Part shown: piece after piece, positions 11,024-24,085 of the stretch
Layout: each line of letters starts with the position of its first letter
How positions within the stretch are numbered: position 1 is the first letter of the stretch
Assembly (NCBI GenBank): GCA_013239625.1
Contig: MU054323.1
Span: 8,483,220 to 8,547,219, forward strand
Length of the DNA: 64,000 bases
Reading direction: 5' to 3'
DNA from: Lama guanicoe
Taxonomy: Eukaryota
Notes under the pieces: generated by a model
Seen by the model: the letters and a program-made list of their open reading frames with translations, nothing else
Told to the model about the DNA's origin: nothing
Databases searched by the model: none
Translations under genes and position numbers: made by a program

Positions 11024-13008
11024 TGAGAACGATATTTATAATGTTCCTGAGTATATGATGGTTCTGAGACCTTCACATATTGTGTGGATGGATTTCCTTA
11101 AGTCCTTTCCCTAAGCCAGCCTACTTTAGGGGTTATGTATGTAAGATGATTTCCTGGAGGTAGGCATAGCAGTTGGCTATTGAACAGAGGAGCAGTTGAC
11201 TATGTGGGAATCCAACCCCAAGCCTTCATATGGTACTCTCCAGAAGCTGAGCCAACTAGCTGGCTGCAAACATCTTGTAAGCTATACCTGAATTTAGCCA
11301 AGTAACATCTTTCAGAAGCTGAACAGATAATATATTTTTTCTGAACCAGAATGCATCTGATTTGTTTACAGACACATTTGTAAAGATCCTAAGACACATG
11401 TCCTCCCCCCATAGGATGTTAGAAATGGACAGGACTTCAGAGGGTTCATTGTTCTCATTTCCAGATTTTAACATGAGACACCAAGAGACTTGTACTTTCA
11501 GTAAGTACAATTATGGAACCAGAGCAAAAACTAAGTGACTTGCCTGAGGTCACACAACTAATGTAGAAAGTATGTGAAAACATTCTGTAAACTGTGTACA
11601 CCATGCAAATTAATGTTGGTAGTTATTAGTGGCTGAGTCAGGATTAGAACCCAGATTGCCAGTCTAGGGCTATTCTGCAATACCACGTTGCTTCATTCCT
11701 CGTGTTTAATATTCCAGAGGGTTTTAATAAAAATAATTTGGTAGTCTGTAATTAGCCCTGTAGACAAGGGCTGGTTTTATTGTCTATGATGTTGCAAAGC
11801 CAGGTGAAATTTAGTGTCACACTGTCTAATTAAATATTTATTCTTGCCACGTTAAAAATAATAGTTTTTCCTCACACATTACAACTTCAGGAAGTTTTTC
11901 CTTTCTTAAATTTGCATCATCTAACATAAGGCAAATGTGAAGGTGAGTGTTTGAAGTCTTCTCAACTTCTTATCCATGAGGCTACCACTGTATTCCAGGA
12001 AGCAAGGTGGAGGGGGCTGAAAGGAGGCCAAAGGAGGAGCAAACTAGATTATCTTCCAGCTCCCAGAATGTAACCTTCTGTAGTTCCAGGAAGGGAGAGA
12101 AAGGGAGGCGGTCTGGCCCCTGTGAGCAGACAAACCTGAGTTCAAATCCCAGTCCTGCCACTTCCTGGCCATGTTGTGGAACCTGAGTGACAGTTTTCTA
12201 ACCTGCAAGCCTCAGCCAATAACCATCTGTTTTACAGGGTGGTTGTGAGGATTAAATGAAAGGAAGTGTGTAGAGTACCTGCTTAATAAGAGATAGCAAT
12301 CATTAATCTGTATTACTAAAGTATAAAATAAAAAATAATGCTTTCAAAATTTCATGATGACCCAAGTCCGTCTTGGCCCCTCAATTCAGCAACCCCCGTC
12401 TCCCAGCAGCCCTCTCAGTGTGTTTGACACGCACAGAGAGATTTATCCTGTGAAGACCTGGCACTTGCAGTGTTATTTCAACTGCCAAAATAGGAGTATA
12501 TGAACTGCCCCTTTGTCTGCATGTATTCAGCTGACCTGGTTATCTGAAAGGCTGGCAGGGCAGGAGCAGTTGACTAGGAGAGCACAGACTTGGTGTGTTT
12601 GTGTGTGTCATGGGGGCGGTTAGTCCTCTGTTGGGGAGGCTGGTCTGGGGAGTGATCTTAATTTGAAATGGAAAAGCTGCTGAGCTCTCCCTCCTGAGTA
12701 AAGCTCACAATGGCCTTCATTCACTGCCTCAACTATTAGAGGTGCAGCTTTAATCAGTGGCTGCTTGGATCAGGTCTACATCTTGGAGACCTGGAGGGCC
12801 CGGGAGAGGAGCTATCCGTCTTGGGAGGGAAACCTCCTCATTGGTAAGGAGAGGCAAAGGGAGGTCATTTGGGGTGGCAACAGTTCCAGATGGGGTCAAG
12901 GCAGAGACTACCAAGTAATTAGGGAGCCAGAGCAAGCCATTCAGGTGGAATACAAATGAACTTAAATTTCTATAAAAATTTCACTTGAGAATAAAATACT
13001 CATATATA

Positions 13009-13174
13009 ATGAAAACGAATATTTGTACGTATATGTATGACTGAAACATTATGCTGTACACCAGAAATTGATATAACATTGTAAACTATCTATACTTCAA
13101 TAAAACAAGAATGCAAATTTTAAAAAATGTATATTTAAATAATATAAAATTTAAAAGCAAACAATATAATTTCA
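13009..13174 (+). mobile_element. Short L1 3' end with A-rich tail and 16-bp TSD
   Basis: tatgtatgactgaaacattatgctgtacaccagaaattga...caataaaa. AAAATACTCATATATA occurs at 12993-13008 and 13175-13190. Confidence 0.8.
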
Positions 13175-14009
13175 AAAATACTCATATATAGGCATCTAAA
13201 GACAGAAAGGTAAACACAATAGTTCTTACCTCTGGGGAGTAGAATTTGAATGTGAAGGAGTGAAAAGGAGACTCAAAGGGGACTTCTCCTTTATATACTT
13301 CTCCATGTGAGTTGTTATAAGAAGCATGTAAGCTTTTGTAAGTTAACGAAGACCAGTAGAGTTGGTAGTGGTTGTTTTTCAGTAAGTACATTTTGATACA
13401 CAAGAAGCAGTTGCCTTTAATTGGTGCCGCCAGTGCCTGGGACAGATAGGGTTAGACTACTTCCTTCGAACTGGCCAAGACAGTTTGCACCAAACCAGGC
13501 TCGTAGGTGAGAACAGGACCCTCCAAGGTGACTGCTTCCCTGGCAGCCCAGGATACTCCCTGACCTCCTACCTCACCACTTCTTCCTAGTCTTTTCATTC
13601 CCTTCTTGGGAATAATCCCTTCTCTTAAACAGTTGAAGTAATCATTGCTATTCTAATAAGCTAATTTAATTTTCAACTGTTGATAAAAATGGCATCTGAT
13701 CTGATGACCTTTATGAAAAATCCATGCCCCTTACTTAACAACAAGAGGGCTTGAAGTATAAAGGAACCCCAGCTGAAATGCTGGCGCATTCTGTTATGGT
13801 AGCTGCATTTTTAGATCAGATCTGGCTGATAGAGTACATCTTTCACACAGTGATTTACTAACTGCTTCTCTAAGGAATTACTGATAAACTGACAAAATTA
13901 TTAGGTATTATTGAGCTTTACTTTTTCTCATAAGCTGGTCAGTTGTGTTCCCTAGCCAGATGGCCTGTTTATTATAGAAAGATGACACACCTATCATTGG
14001 ACACGTGCT

Positions 14010-14242
14010 TTGACTTGCTTAACCAAGAGTAGGATGGGTTATGCTGAGTAATCCACATTCCATCACCCAATCTTCCCTTTGGCCAAGGGTACAAATTTGT
14101 GTGACAGTTGGCCAGGGCTTGGGAGGTATCCTGTCGCCAAGGATGGTTTTTCCTCTGTGTAGAGCTGACTGGCCAATACTGGCCTAAGTCCAGTATCTTG
14201 TTCCCACTAGCGTTGTGCTCTACCAACTTTGCTAAACTGGCA
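14010..14242 (-). mobile_element. MamSINE1-like ancient tRNA-derived SINE
   Basis: Minus strand begins gccagtttagcaaagttggtagagcacaacgctagt (tRNA-Ile-like head), then ccctggccaactgtcacacaaat...tgtggattactcagcataacccatc. Confidence 0.6.
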
Positions 14243-14429
14243 TAACATACCATCAGTGTTTTGAGCTCCGGACACATTATTTGCCTGAAGTAAATAAAGA
14301 TTTGGCCTATCTAAAGTGTTTTGACTCCGTGTAAAATGGTTTTTTTCTCCGAAACTATTTCCTATATATAGGAGTTATATACCATTTTTAAGGTATGTTT
14401 AAAATAAATGAGCAAGAAGCATTGCTTCA

Positions 14430-14910
14430 AATCTGCCCAGTAATTTTAATGACATGTTATCAAAAGCCTTAAAAAGAACATATGTTTAGACTCGAAATTG
14501 CTGTTCTAGGAATATCTAGAAAATCAGAGATGTATATAAAAAAAAACCTGTATGATGACTTTTATTAGTACAACATTTTTAATAATACCAAACAGTTTAA
14601 AACAACCAAAAGTGACAACAGTTAGGCATTGGTCAGGTTCACTGTGATAAAATACTACACAGGCATTAAAAATCTTGTAGAAGAATATTTATTGATGTCA
14701 GAAACATTTGATACAATCAATGAAAAAAGGATGCAAAATAGTATGACAAGAATGATACCAATTTTATTTTAAAACATATGAAAAGATACTAGAAGGACTT
14801 ATGCCAAAAACCATAAGTGATTATCTTTAAGTAATGGGATTGCCTTTTTTTTTCTAGTGCTTTTCAGTGTTTTCCACACTACTGCATTAAGCAGCTACAA
14901 CTTTTATCAC
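14430..14910 (+). mobile_element. Old L1M (L1ME-like) 3' fragment
   Basis: AT-rich decayed L1 ORF2 end/3'UTR: tatcaaaagccttaaaaagaacatatg...aaatactacacaggcattaaaaat. Confidence 0.55.
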
Positions 14911-17900
14911 AAAAATTTTAAACCAGTGATGAATAGATTCCATTGTAGCACAGTCTCTAAGAAAATCACAAGGTATTTAATTTTTTAATTATTTTGTTTC
15001 ACTACGATCATGATGAAAGATACCCACTTCTCATAGACATTTCTTTAGATACTACTTCATTTCTTCCTTGAGAGAGAGCACGGATGGAGTATTATTGGGT
15101 GGGTGTGTGACTTAAAAACATAGCCTAGAAACTCCCAAATCCATCCATCCAAATGAGGTAACTTCTCTTGACTCAAATGAGATGTAAAAACAAATTATGA
15201 AAAGAAAATGTCTTAAGATAGTCTTCTTTGCCTCTTAGCTTTTACTGCTTAAATTTGTCAGGTTTCAGTAAAACCCCATATACTGCAGAGCTCCATTTTG
15301 GGTGGACTCTCCCCATGTCTTTGCAGATTCTCTGGTGTCTTGAGAGCCTAATTTGAGGCTTTGTCTCATGTGTTGGTGGTATCTATCTGAACTATCTGTT
15401 TTGAAAGACTGTGCCCAGACCTGCTGCAGCCTCCTCCCTCCCTTTGTCCTTGGTCATTTTCTGTTCAGCCATCAGCTCAGGAGCCCTTTTTCTTCCAGGT
15501 GTGGAGAAGGTTGGGTGCCCACCGGTGGCCACCTGATGGTGGAAGCCCTCTGCAGGTATGGGCTGGAGCTGCAGGCTGTGAAGGGAGGGGCTAGCACAGC
15601 AGCTGTCCTCTCGCTTCATTTTCCCCATCCCCACACACGTTGTATGTGATCTCAATGGCCCAGTCCAGTGGACTGATACCTGCCCTAATACCAGTGGTGG
15701 CATCTGCCCAACTCTGAGCACTGGGGGTCCAGGCCGTAGAGTTGAGGAACTATGTGACCTGTCACATAGCTCAGCCTGCACTGTGATAAATATTTTCTGA
15801 GCAGGATCTGCCTCTTCTTCCAGGTGGTACTGACTACCCGAACACCTGTCCCAGATGAGGTGGAGGCCTTCCCTGCCGCCTGGGATTAGTGAACAGGTCT
15901 TTGGGTATGGCTCACTGGAGAGTCTCTACCACTTGGAAAGAGCAATTGTGGGAGAAGCATTCATCTTCTCTTGAGGGTGTTGTTGTCCTGGTCATCTTGT
16001 AATTTAAATGGTGTTCCCTGACTGGTAAGAAATGAAATCTTAGCTGCTCTGAGTCAGCAAGATCATAGTTGAACTAATGAGGGTTGTGCCATGTGAAAGG
16101 GATGGGCCTTGGACCACTGGATGAAATTAAATATCCCTTCCCGTATGAGGAGTGTTTCACTGAAGGCTTATCTTCAGTGGTATATGTACTGCGTAGCTAG
16201 ACTTTTCTGCAATACGAAACTCTTGGCAGACAGCCCTCAACCCCTACTCTGGTCTCTGCAGATTGTTGCCACTTATCAGGGACTCTGATTTAGGCTCTGA
16301 TCTGTTCTGATTTTAGATGGGTAGAGTTCACAGCTGAAAGCTCCCAATTTGGGCATCCTATTAACACCTTTAAGTGACAGGACCACTGCTAAGTACAGAG
16401 ATGTGTTATACTGGCCCTGAAATAGCAAGGTACAGTGTTTTGAGACTTGATAAGACTTGTATTCCCCAGAAAGTATAGTTTCCAGGTTTATAGGTTATTC
16501 ATATAAATTTGGATATTGTCTTCTCAAGGCTTTATTCTAAGTATACTCTCAACAAGTACTTTCCAAGTCCTTTCTATCTTATATTCATAGTCATTATAAA
16601 AGAAATGAGATTCAACCCCTGTCCATAGAGATTGAAGACTGGTTTGGAAGATAAGATGGATGTGTGGAATGATTAGTGTGTATGACAACATTGGATGTCA
16701 GTGATGCATCTGTTTACTTTGTTGTATAAGACATGGTCTTTGCCCTTAAAGAACTCAGCTAACATTCTGGTGAGATAATTGGGCACAAAATAATGTAAGT
16801 TGCTGTAACACAAGAGGCTGGGAACTCCAGCAGTGATGGGAAGGGGTACTTTGGTAACCCAGGAGGAAGAATGACCCTGAGCCTGTAAGAGCTGGGGAAG
16901 GCTTCAGAGAGGGTGGCATATTGGAGCTGGGTGTGCAGGGTAATGTGGGGTCCTGCCCACCAGAGGACAGATGAGTAAGAGAGTTCAGGCAAAAGAACTG
17001 AAAAGAAGAGTGTATTGTGAGTCATTAGCGCTATAGAGCCTAAATTCAAAAAGGATTCTGAGAGGAGAATAATCATTGTGAACAGGAGTAATCAGAAAAG
17101 TCATCACAACGGAAGCAGAACCTGAGTGTGTCCTGAAGATGAGCAAGCTTCGAGTAGACAGGATACCAGAGAGGCCTTTCCGCGAGGCAAGGTGCAGCAT
17201 CAGCAAAGGAATGACCGGCCAAGATCACGAGCAGGTCACCCTTACCAGATTGAGGCTGTGAGAGTTTGCACAACATTGGTGATATTAACCAGAAATTAGG
17301 AAGTTGAAAAGACAGTTTGGAGGTCAGTTTTGTTTTAGACATGGAGAGCTAAGGGTTACAGTTGGAGACATCCAAGTGTAGCGATCACAAAAGCCCAGAA
17401 GCTGAGGGTGAAGCTGGATGGAGCTATGGGTGTGAGAGTCAGCAGCACAGGAGCGATGGCTTCCCTGAAGGGAGGTCTCTACAGAGGTCTTGGGTACAGA
17501 GCACAAAGAACAGAGCTGTAAGAGATAAGCTTGGCGAATTGTCCATAGTTAGGAAAAATATGAAGCGATGCGGGAAAGTTGAGAGGCTTCAGTGGCAAGG
17601 GAAGAGAGCTTCAGTGCTGCTGGTTTAACTGGACTTAAGGATTCATCCAGAAAAAAGTCAGAACAAGAGTGTCAGTCCAGTAAAACACCAAAAAAGGAAG
17701 CCCAGTTGGGTGGGGTTAAGGGAGAAATTGGGTAGAGAGGAAATAGAGGCAGTGGTTGGTCCCCAGAGAAGGCAACAGGGAAGGGGAGAAAAGTAGTAAC
17801 TAGAAGAAGCAGCAGGGTCAAAGTTTTTTTGTTATAATTAGATTCTTTATCAGCAAATGTATATTAAATGTTAGTGTGTATTTGTTTATGTAATTTTTGT

Positions 17901-18185
17901 GTGTTAAAGTGTGCTTCATCTACAAATTTCTCTATCAATATAATCTGTATATTTGTTACTTCAAATATCCCATTCTTTCTGTAGTATTCCATTATATTTA
18001 TGCCAAAATGTGCTTAACTGTCTATCTATTATTGGACAACTGGGGTATTTCCAACATTTTGCGAGTACAAATGTCTCTGCTCTGCACATCAATGTACAAA
18101 TTACTTTTTTTTCTTTTGTGGGTTATTTCTTTAGGGTATATGCTATAAAGTAGAATTACAGAGGCAAAGGGTACAAACCATGTTG

Positions 18186-18755
18186 AGTTTTTTTATTGAG
18201 ATATAATTGGCATATAACAATATATTGGTTTCAGGTGTACAACATGATTCAACATTTGTATATACTGCAAAATGATCACCACAGTAAGTCTATATGCATC
18301 ACCACACATAGTTACAAATTGTTTTTGTTGTGATGAGAACTTTTAAGATCTGCTCTTTTAGCAACTTTTAAATGTATAATACAGCATAATTAACTATAGT
18401 CACCATGCTATACATTATATTCCTCAGGACTTATTTATGTTATAACTGGAAGCTTGTACCTTTTGGCTACCTTCACCCAGTTCCCCTCTGCCCCCACTCC
18501 TGGCAACCACCGATCTGTTCTCTGTATCTATGAGTTCATTGTTTTTAGATTCCACATATAAGCAAGATAATACGGTATTTATCTTTCTCTGTCCAACTTA
18601 TTTCACTTAGCATAATGCCCTCAAGTTCAATCCATGTTGTAAATGGCAGGATTCCCTTCTTTTTCATGGCTCAGTAATATTCCATTGTATGTATATACAG
18701 CACATTTTCTTTATCCAGTCATTCATTGCTAAACACTTAGATTACTTCCATGCTG
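18186..18755 (-). mobile_element. L1MA-type 3' end
   Basis: tttttattgagatataattggcatataac...ttagattccacatataag...atttcacttagcataatgccctcaagttcaatccatgttg. Confidence 0.8.
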
Positions 18756-21700
18756 TTGTTATTTTCTAATATGCTTATTATACATTGTTTTTCATGGTGA
18801 TCCAACCAGCTTACCATCAAGGTAAGAGTTTGGTATTGACTTAGAATGATTTCTGACAATAAGAGGATCTGAGCATGTTTGATGGTGGAAAGGAAAAGGA
18901 ATTATTTGAAGGAAATGATCCAGATACAAGAGAGAAGCAGAGCAAATAGGAATGATCTTGAGGACACCAGGGAAGGGGTAACTTTACAAAGGAAGGAAGG
19001 GAGCCCTTCCTCTGAGACTGGGAGGAGGAGATAGTATGGCTCTTTCTCCCCTGACTTGCAGGATGAAGTCCAGCGGAGATGACTGGGTTCCTACTCAGAA
19101 AAGACCTTTTCCTTAGTAAAAGAGAGCCAAGGCTACTTGCTGAGGTGGGGGGTGAGGTCTTGATGGTCTGAATTAACCACTGTAAGGAATGAGCTTGGGC
19201 GTCTGAGAGATGAATGAAAGTCTTGTTGTGCCGGAGTGAGAGCTGACTTAGACCCATGAATTCCCATGTAACGGGCTAAGTCTCTGAAGTCCTGTAGCCT
19301 GGAGAAGCAGCAGTTAGTGGGGGAGCACCAGGATGGGGGTGGCTTGGTACGCTCAGGGCAAGGTTTCCAAGGAGGCAGAATTTGAGATGGCAGTGAAGCA
19401 GCTTGCCCTAAGGTCAGAGGTGGAGGGAAGTGCTGCAAATCTAAGACAGGCACTCGTTGTCAGTGGAATGAGGGGGCAGAGTAATCGCAGTCCAATGAGA
19501 ACAGAAAGCAGGTTTGGAAGATGAGGGATGAATAGTAAGGAGGTTATTGACAGGAAGATTTTAATTTTAAAATTTGGAAGAGGCTGTTTTTTAAGTTATT
19601 TACCTTTATGGATGTTGTTTGTTTTTTTAAAACATGCTTAAACTAAAAATTAAAATCTCTGGAGTAGAGAGAGCTGTGCCTCCAGGGTGTGGCTGGATTG
19701 CTCTAAGGTTGAGGAAGGAGAAATGAAGATGGAGGAGGGTCAGAGTCCAGCCTGATGAGGTGTGAGAACCGTGAGGTGTCTCTGCTTGTCAGCCACTGCT
19801 TCTGTGGTCATAGTTTGTCACTACAGGGTGGCACCCAGCCACCCTCCCTTATCTACCCACCCAAGTTTTAGTGTTTAAAACCTGAGGAGGCCAAGCTTCC
19901 CTAGGCCTGGTAGTCATATTTTCAATGTCTTGTGGGCCTGGCTGTTTCTGACTCTCTGCCCAGGTCCCCTCCTGAGCCATTCCTCTCTGGCCTCTGTCCT
20001 TGAAGTTTCTTCCTCCAGCCAGATATAGCCCCTTGCCAGGAATGCAGCTTTTGGGTGGACTGTAGGTTCCATTTCAGCCTCACTCATCCCTTCCCTGGAA
20101 GCTTTGTGCAGTGTACAAACTGTGCAACTGTATATAGCAGCCTTGTTTCTCTCTTGCCTGTTTTGAAATTTGGCCTAAGGCCTTTGCCTCCTCTGACCCC
20201 TCTCCTTCTCATGTCCTCCTGGATCATTCACTTTGACCCTGACCCTGACTGACACCCTTGGTTGTGGTCAGTATTTCACTTGCCAGATTTACATTACCTT
20301 CATACTGTACAACTGAAGCCACTTACACAGCTAACCGTGCACAGGAGTCACTGAGGCCGAGCAAGAAACAGAGCAAGGTATAAACACGTGGAAAATCAGG
20401 TATCATCAACACAGGGATGTGGAGAAGCCAGGACCAGTGCTCAGCATTATTTCCAGGGCCTTCAGCTGAGTCTAAATGTTGCCCAGACATTTTGTAAAAT
20501 GGTGTTGCACTAAAGCCGGGACTAAGCAGGGGTATGGCTCCCAGCCAGTCCCTCCCAGGAAGGAACAAACAGCTTGCAGTGCGGGCCTCAAGCCAGGTAG
20601 GGTAGAAGCTAAGGTGCTTTGTTTTGCTTGCAGGATTAAATGGGCTCTTTGTCAACATGGCCTCCTGCCTTGTTCTTTTCTCTTTTCTCTTGTCAGCCTA
20701 GGTCTGAATAATTAGCCCTTGGCTCATAATTAGTAAAAAGAAGAGAAGAGTACAACTGATAGGCTGCAGTACACCTAAGAACCTTGAACTTGGAGTTAGG
20801 AGACATGGGTTTGGAGTTATTGTGACCTTGAACAAAACACATCTCTTCCTTTATCTGTAAATTGAGGGATCTTTGCATATGCTGTTCCCTCTGCCTGAAA
20901 CATTCTTTCCTCGCCTTTTGAGGCTAACTCTCATGTCTTGGCCTGAATGTCATTCCTTCCGGAAAGAGTTCTGTGACCTCCACCCGAGCTCCACTCCAGG
21001 TTGGGGACCACATCAATTTGGTTATGGGATCAATTTATTGGGTTGTAACCAGCATTTTCTAAATGAAAAGACCAGAAAATATCAAAGTGCATCACTCATA
21101 GTGAGACTAAGAGTTATTTAATGAACTTTTGTTTTATTGTCTATGTCTGTGTGTGTGTTTGTATATATATTGGATTGTAAAGTAAAATATATCATTTACG
21201 AAGAGGTTGAAAGCCATTGCTTTCAAAACACTCTAGTCCTGTATGTTTCTTCTGCAGCACTTAATGTGAATATAATTACATAGTTGTTTGTATGATTTTA
21301 TTGGTGCTTATCCATTCACTAGATAACAAGCTCCATGAGCCGAGGATCAAGACTGACCAACTCCTCCGTATAAGACCTAGAGACTGTTGAGGCTCAACAC
21401 ATGTTAGCTGAGCGAATGGATTTCTGAGGGGAACTTTGTTGCTGTCAGGCCTTACTTATAGGAGGCTGTTCCTAGGAGTGAGTAGAGGGTGACTGTGGTA
21501 GTAGACGAGGAAGCCCTCATATTCGTCCCTCCTGGACGAGAGTACCAGAAAGAGCAGTTCTTTGATCCCTCAGTCACCACCTTGGGAGTGGCACCAGAAA
21601 CCAAGACGGCCAAGCCAGCTCCCCTGAGAAGGAGCTGGGAAGAAGAGGCTACTGCTACCACTACCCCATCCCCCAGGAAAGCCTCACTTGGGCATAGGTA

Positions 21701-23279
21701 ACTTCTGTATTGAGAAAACAGGACATTCAGAGACGGTACCCACCACATAACCTGTGCTTACACAATGGCAAAGTCGGCTCGCCTAGCATAACCTCGCCCC
21801 AGGACCCGCTTCCCACTCTCCTGGGTATGGGTGACTAGACCTTGGCCTAGGAGCCCACCAGGTCCCCAGGGAAGACCCCAGAACTCCTTTTTCCCCTGTA
21901 GCACCCCCCACCCTGCCCACCAACGCTTCCGGAAAACTGCTCTGCTTCTTGAGATATCTTTCCGGACCGAGCCAGTCTGCCAAGAGGCAGAGTGAACACC
22001 ATGTGCCCTCCCAGAGGTAACCAGCCTCTGATTGTAGCCCAGAGGACTTCCCACGGCCTGGAAGGCTCCAGTGGCGAGACCCAGCCAGGCACTGCTGCAG
22101 CCCAGAGCTGGCCTGGCATGTGCTAAAAGTCATAGCTCAAGAGGGCTTGTGCCTCTGAGGCCCTCTTGAGGGCGCTGGCAACCCAGTAATAACACAGGTT
22201 CTGTCACAAGTATTTAAGAAGGTCTGATTTGCCACTTTATCCTCAGAGCTCATCATTTGAATTCAGATGGTTCCGGCAGCATCTAGCTGTTCCGTGGAAA
22301 TTATGTTGCTTCCTGCCTGGAGCAGATGACCTCTTTGGGAGGGATGGATGAGGGAATAATAACTAGTTGTTTTAGAGCTCCCAGAGCTGTTAGCTAAAAC
22401 ATCTTAATTTATACATTGCTTTCAGCTTGGTTTTCTGGAATTGACCATCCCTTCTAACAATGTCTCCAAAGAGACATTGGCTTCTTTAGGAAGCCCTCTC
22501 AGGTACCGCACGTGGGTTGTTGAGGACAGAAGGTGAGCAAAGAGAAGTAACTGAGAAGCCTGTGACAACAGGTTGGCCCTGGGCTACTGGTTTTGTCCCC
22601 AGTAATACTATTTCCAAGACACTGAAATAACATGTCAGGGAACTTTGTTTTGAATTCATCCCCAGGAGACGCTTTCACTGTGCTAGTTGAGAAGGTGGAA
22701 CATAGGGCCAATGGCTTGTTTAAAATCAGGATAAAACTCCACCTTAGCTAGACTTACCAACAGGTGTCTAAATGCCCAAGATTCACTGGCTGAACTGCCT
22801 AAGCCACTTGGAAAGGAGTAGAAGGGACATCCCTGGGTCCTGAATTCTTCCTTCCCCAGCCTGGTTATCAGCTGCTCAGTACCATCTAGATAGAGATGCT
22901 TTGGCCCTGAGAGAGGTTAAGATATGTGCTATTAAAACCCTTTTTCCCCTTGGGGAAGAATGTTGGCTATTCCTCAAAGTCCGTCAGAAACCCACCTGGG
23001 CCATCCTCCCAGCTCATGAGATGTTTCTAGGTTCTCTTCTGTGCACCTCGTTTCTCCATGTCCTGACAGCGTGGATCTGAGTGGGTGAAGCCATCCTCAT
23101 AGAAGTAACATGGCAGAAGTAGGCTCAACAGGCCCACTCCACCACCTCAGGTCTGGCCTAGACCAGTGCCAAGGTCACAGAACAACCAGTGTAACCCACA
23201 GCAGCCTCCACAGGGTGGAGGAACAAAGAGGGACTCTTCAGCTTAGAGTCCAAGTGAGAGGGAGATAGGTCAGTCTGCG

Positions 23280-24085
23280 TATTAGTGTCCTCCTGTGCTG
23301 TAACAAACTACTATGAACTTAATTGCTTAGAATAACATAAATCCATCATCTTACAGTTCTGGGGGTCTGAAGTGGGTGTAGTGGGCTGAATGGTGGCTCC
23401 CCAAAATTCCTGACCCTCAGAACTTGTGTATATTATTTTATATGATCAAAGGGGTGATTAGGAATCCCAAAAGGAGGTACTTACTCTGGATTTTGGGGGT
23501 GGGCCCTAAATGCAATCACTTGTATCCTTATAAATGGGAGGTGAGGGAGTTTTGAGAGGAGGAGACAGTGTGACCGCAGAGGCAGTGATTGGAGCGATGT
23601 GGTCACAAGCCAAAGAATGCCTGCAGCCATGAGAACTAGAAAAGGCAAAGAGCAGATTCCCCCTAGAACCTTCAGAGGGATTGCAGCCCTGCTGACACCT
23701 TGATTTTGGACTTCTGGCCTCCGGAACAGTGAGAGAATAAACTTCTGTTGTTAGCTATCCAGTTTGTGATAATTTGCTACAGCAGCCATGGGAAACTAAT
23801 ATAGTGGGCCAAAATTAAGGTATTGACAAGGCTGTGTTACTTCTGGAGGCTCTAGGAGAAAATCCTCTCCTTGTCTTTTCCAGCTTCTAGAGGCTGCCTG
23901 CTTTCCTTGACTTGTGGCCCTGCCATCACCATGTCTTCTAAAGACCCTTGTGATTATTTTAGGCCCACCTGGATAATCCAGACTAATCTTCCCATCACAA
24001 AATCCTTAATTACATCTGCAAAGCCCCCTTTGCCATTTAAGGTCACGTTCACAGGTTCCAGGGATTAGGACAAGGACATTGGGGT
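23280..24085 (-). mobile_element. MLT1-type LTR interrupted by a second MLT1 LTR
   Basis: Outer LTR halves at 23280-23371 and 23809-24085 (tgctgtaacaaactac...ttctggaggctctaggagaaaatcc...atcacaaaatccttaattacatctgcaaag). Confidence 0.7.
23377..23803 (+). mobile_element. Nested MLT1C/D-like solo LTR with 5-bp TSD
   Basis: Starts TGTAGTGGGCTGAATGG and ends AAACTAATATA. GTGGG is duplicated at 23372-23376 and 23804-23808. Confidence 0.8.

Noticed and set aside
21450..21765. Minus-strand donor-like GTAAG sites (near 21451 and 21757) suggesting exons of an antisense lncRNA
   Set aside because: A human antisense transcript is annotated at this locus as I recall, but sequence alone cannot establish its exons here.
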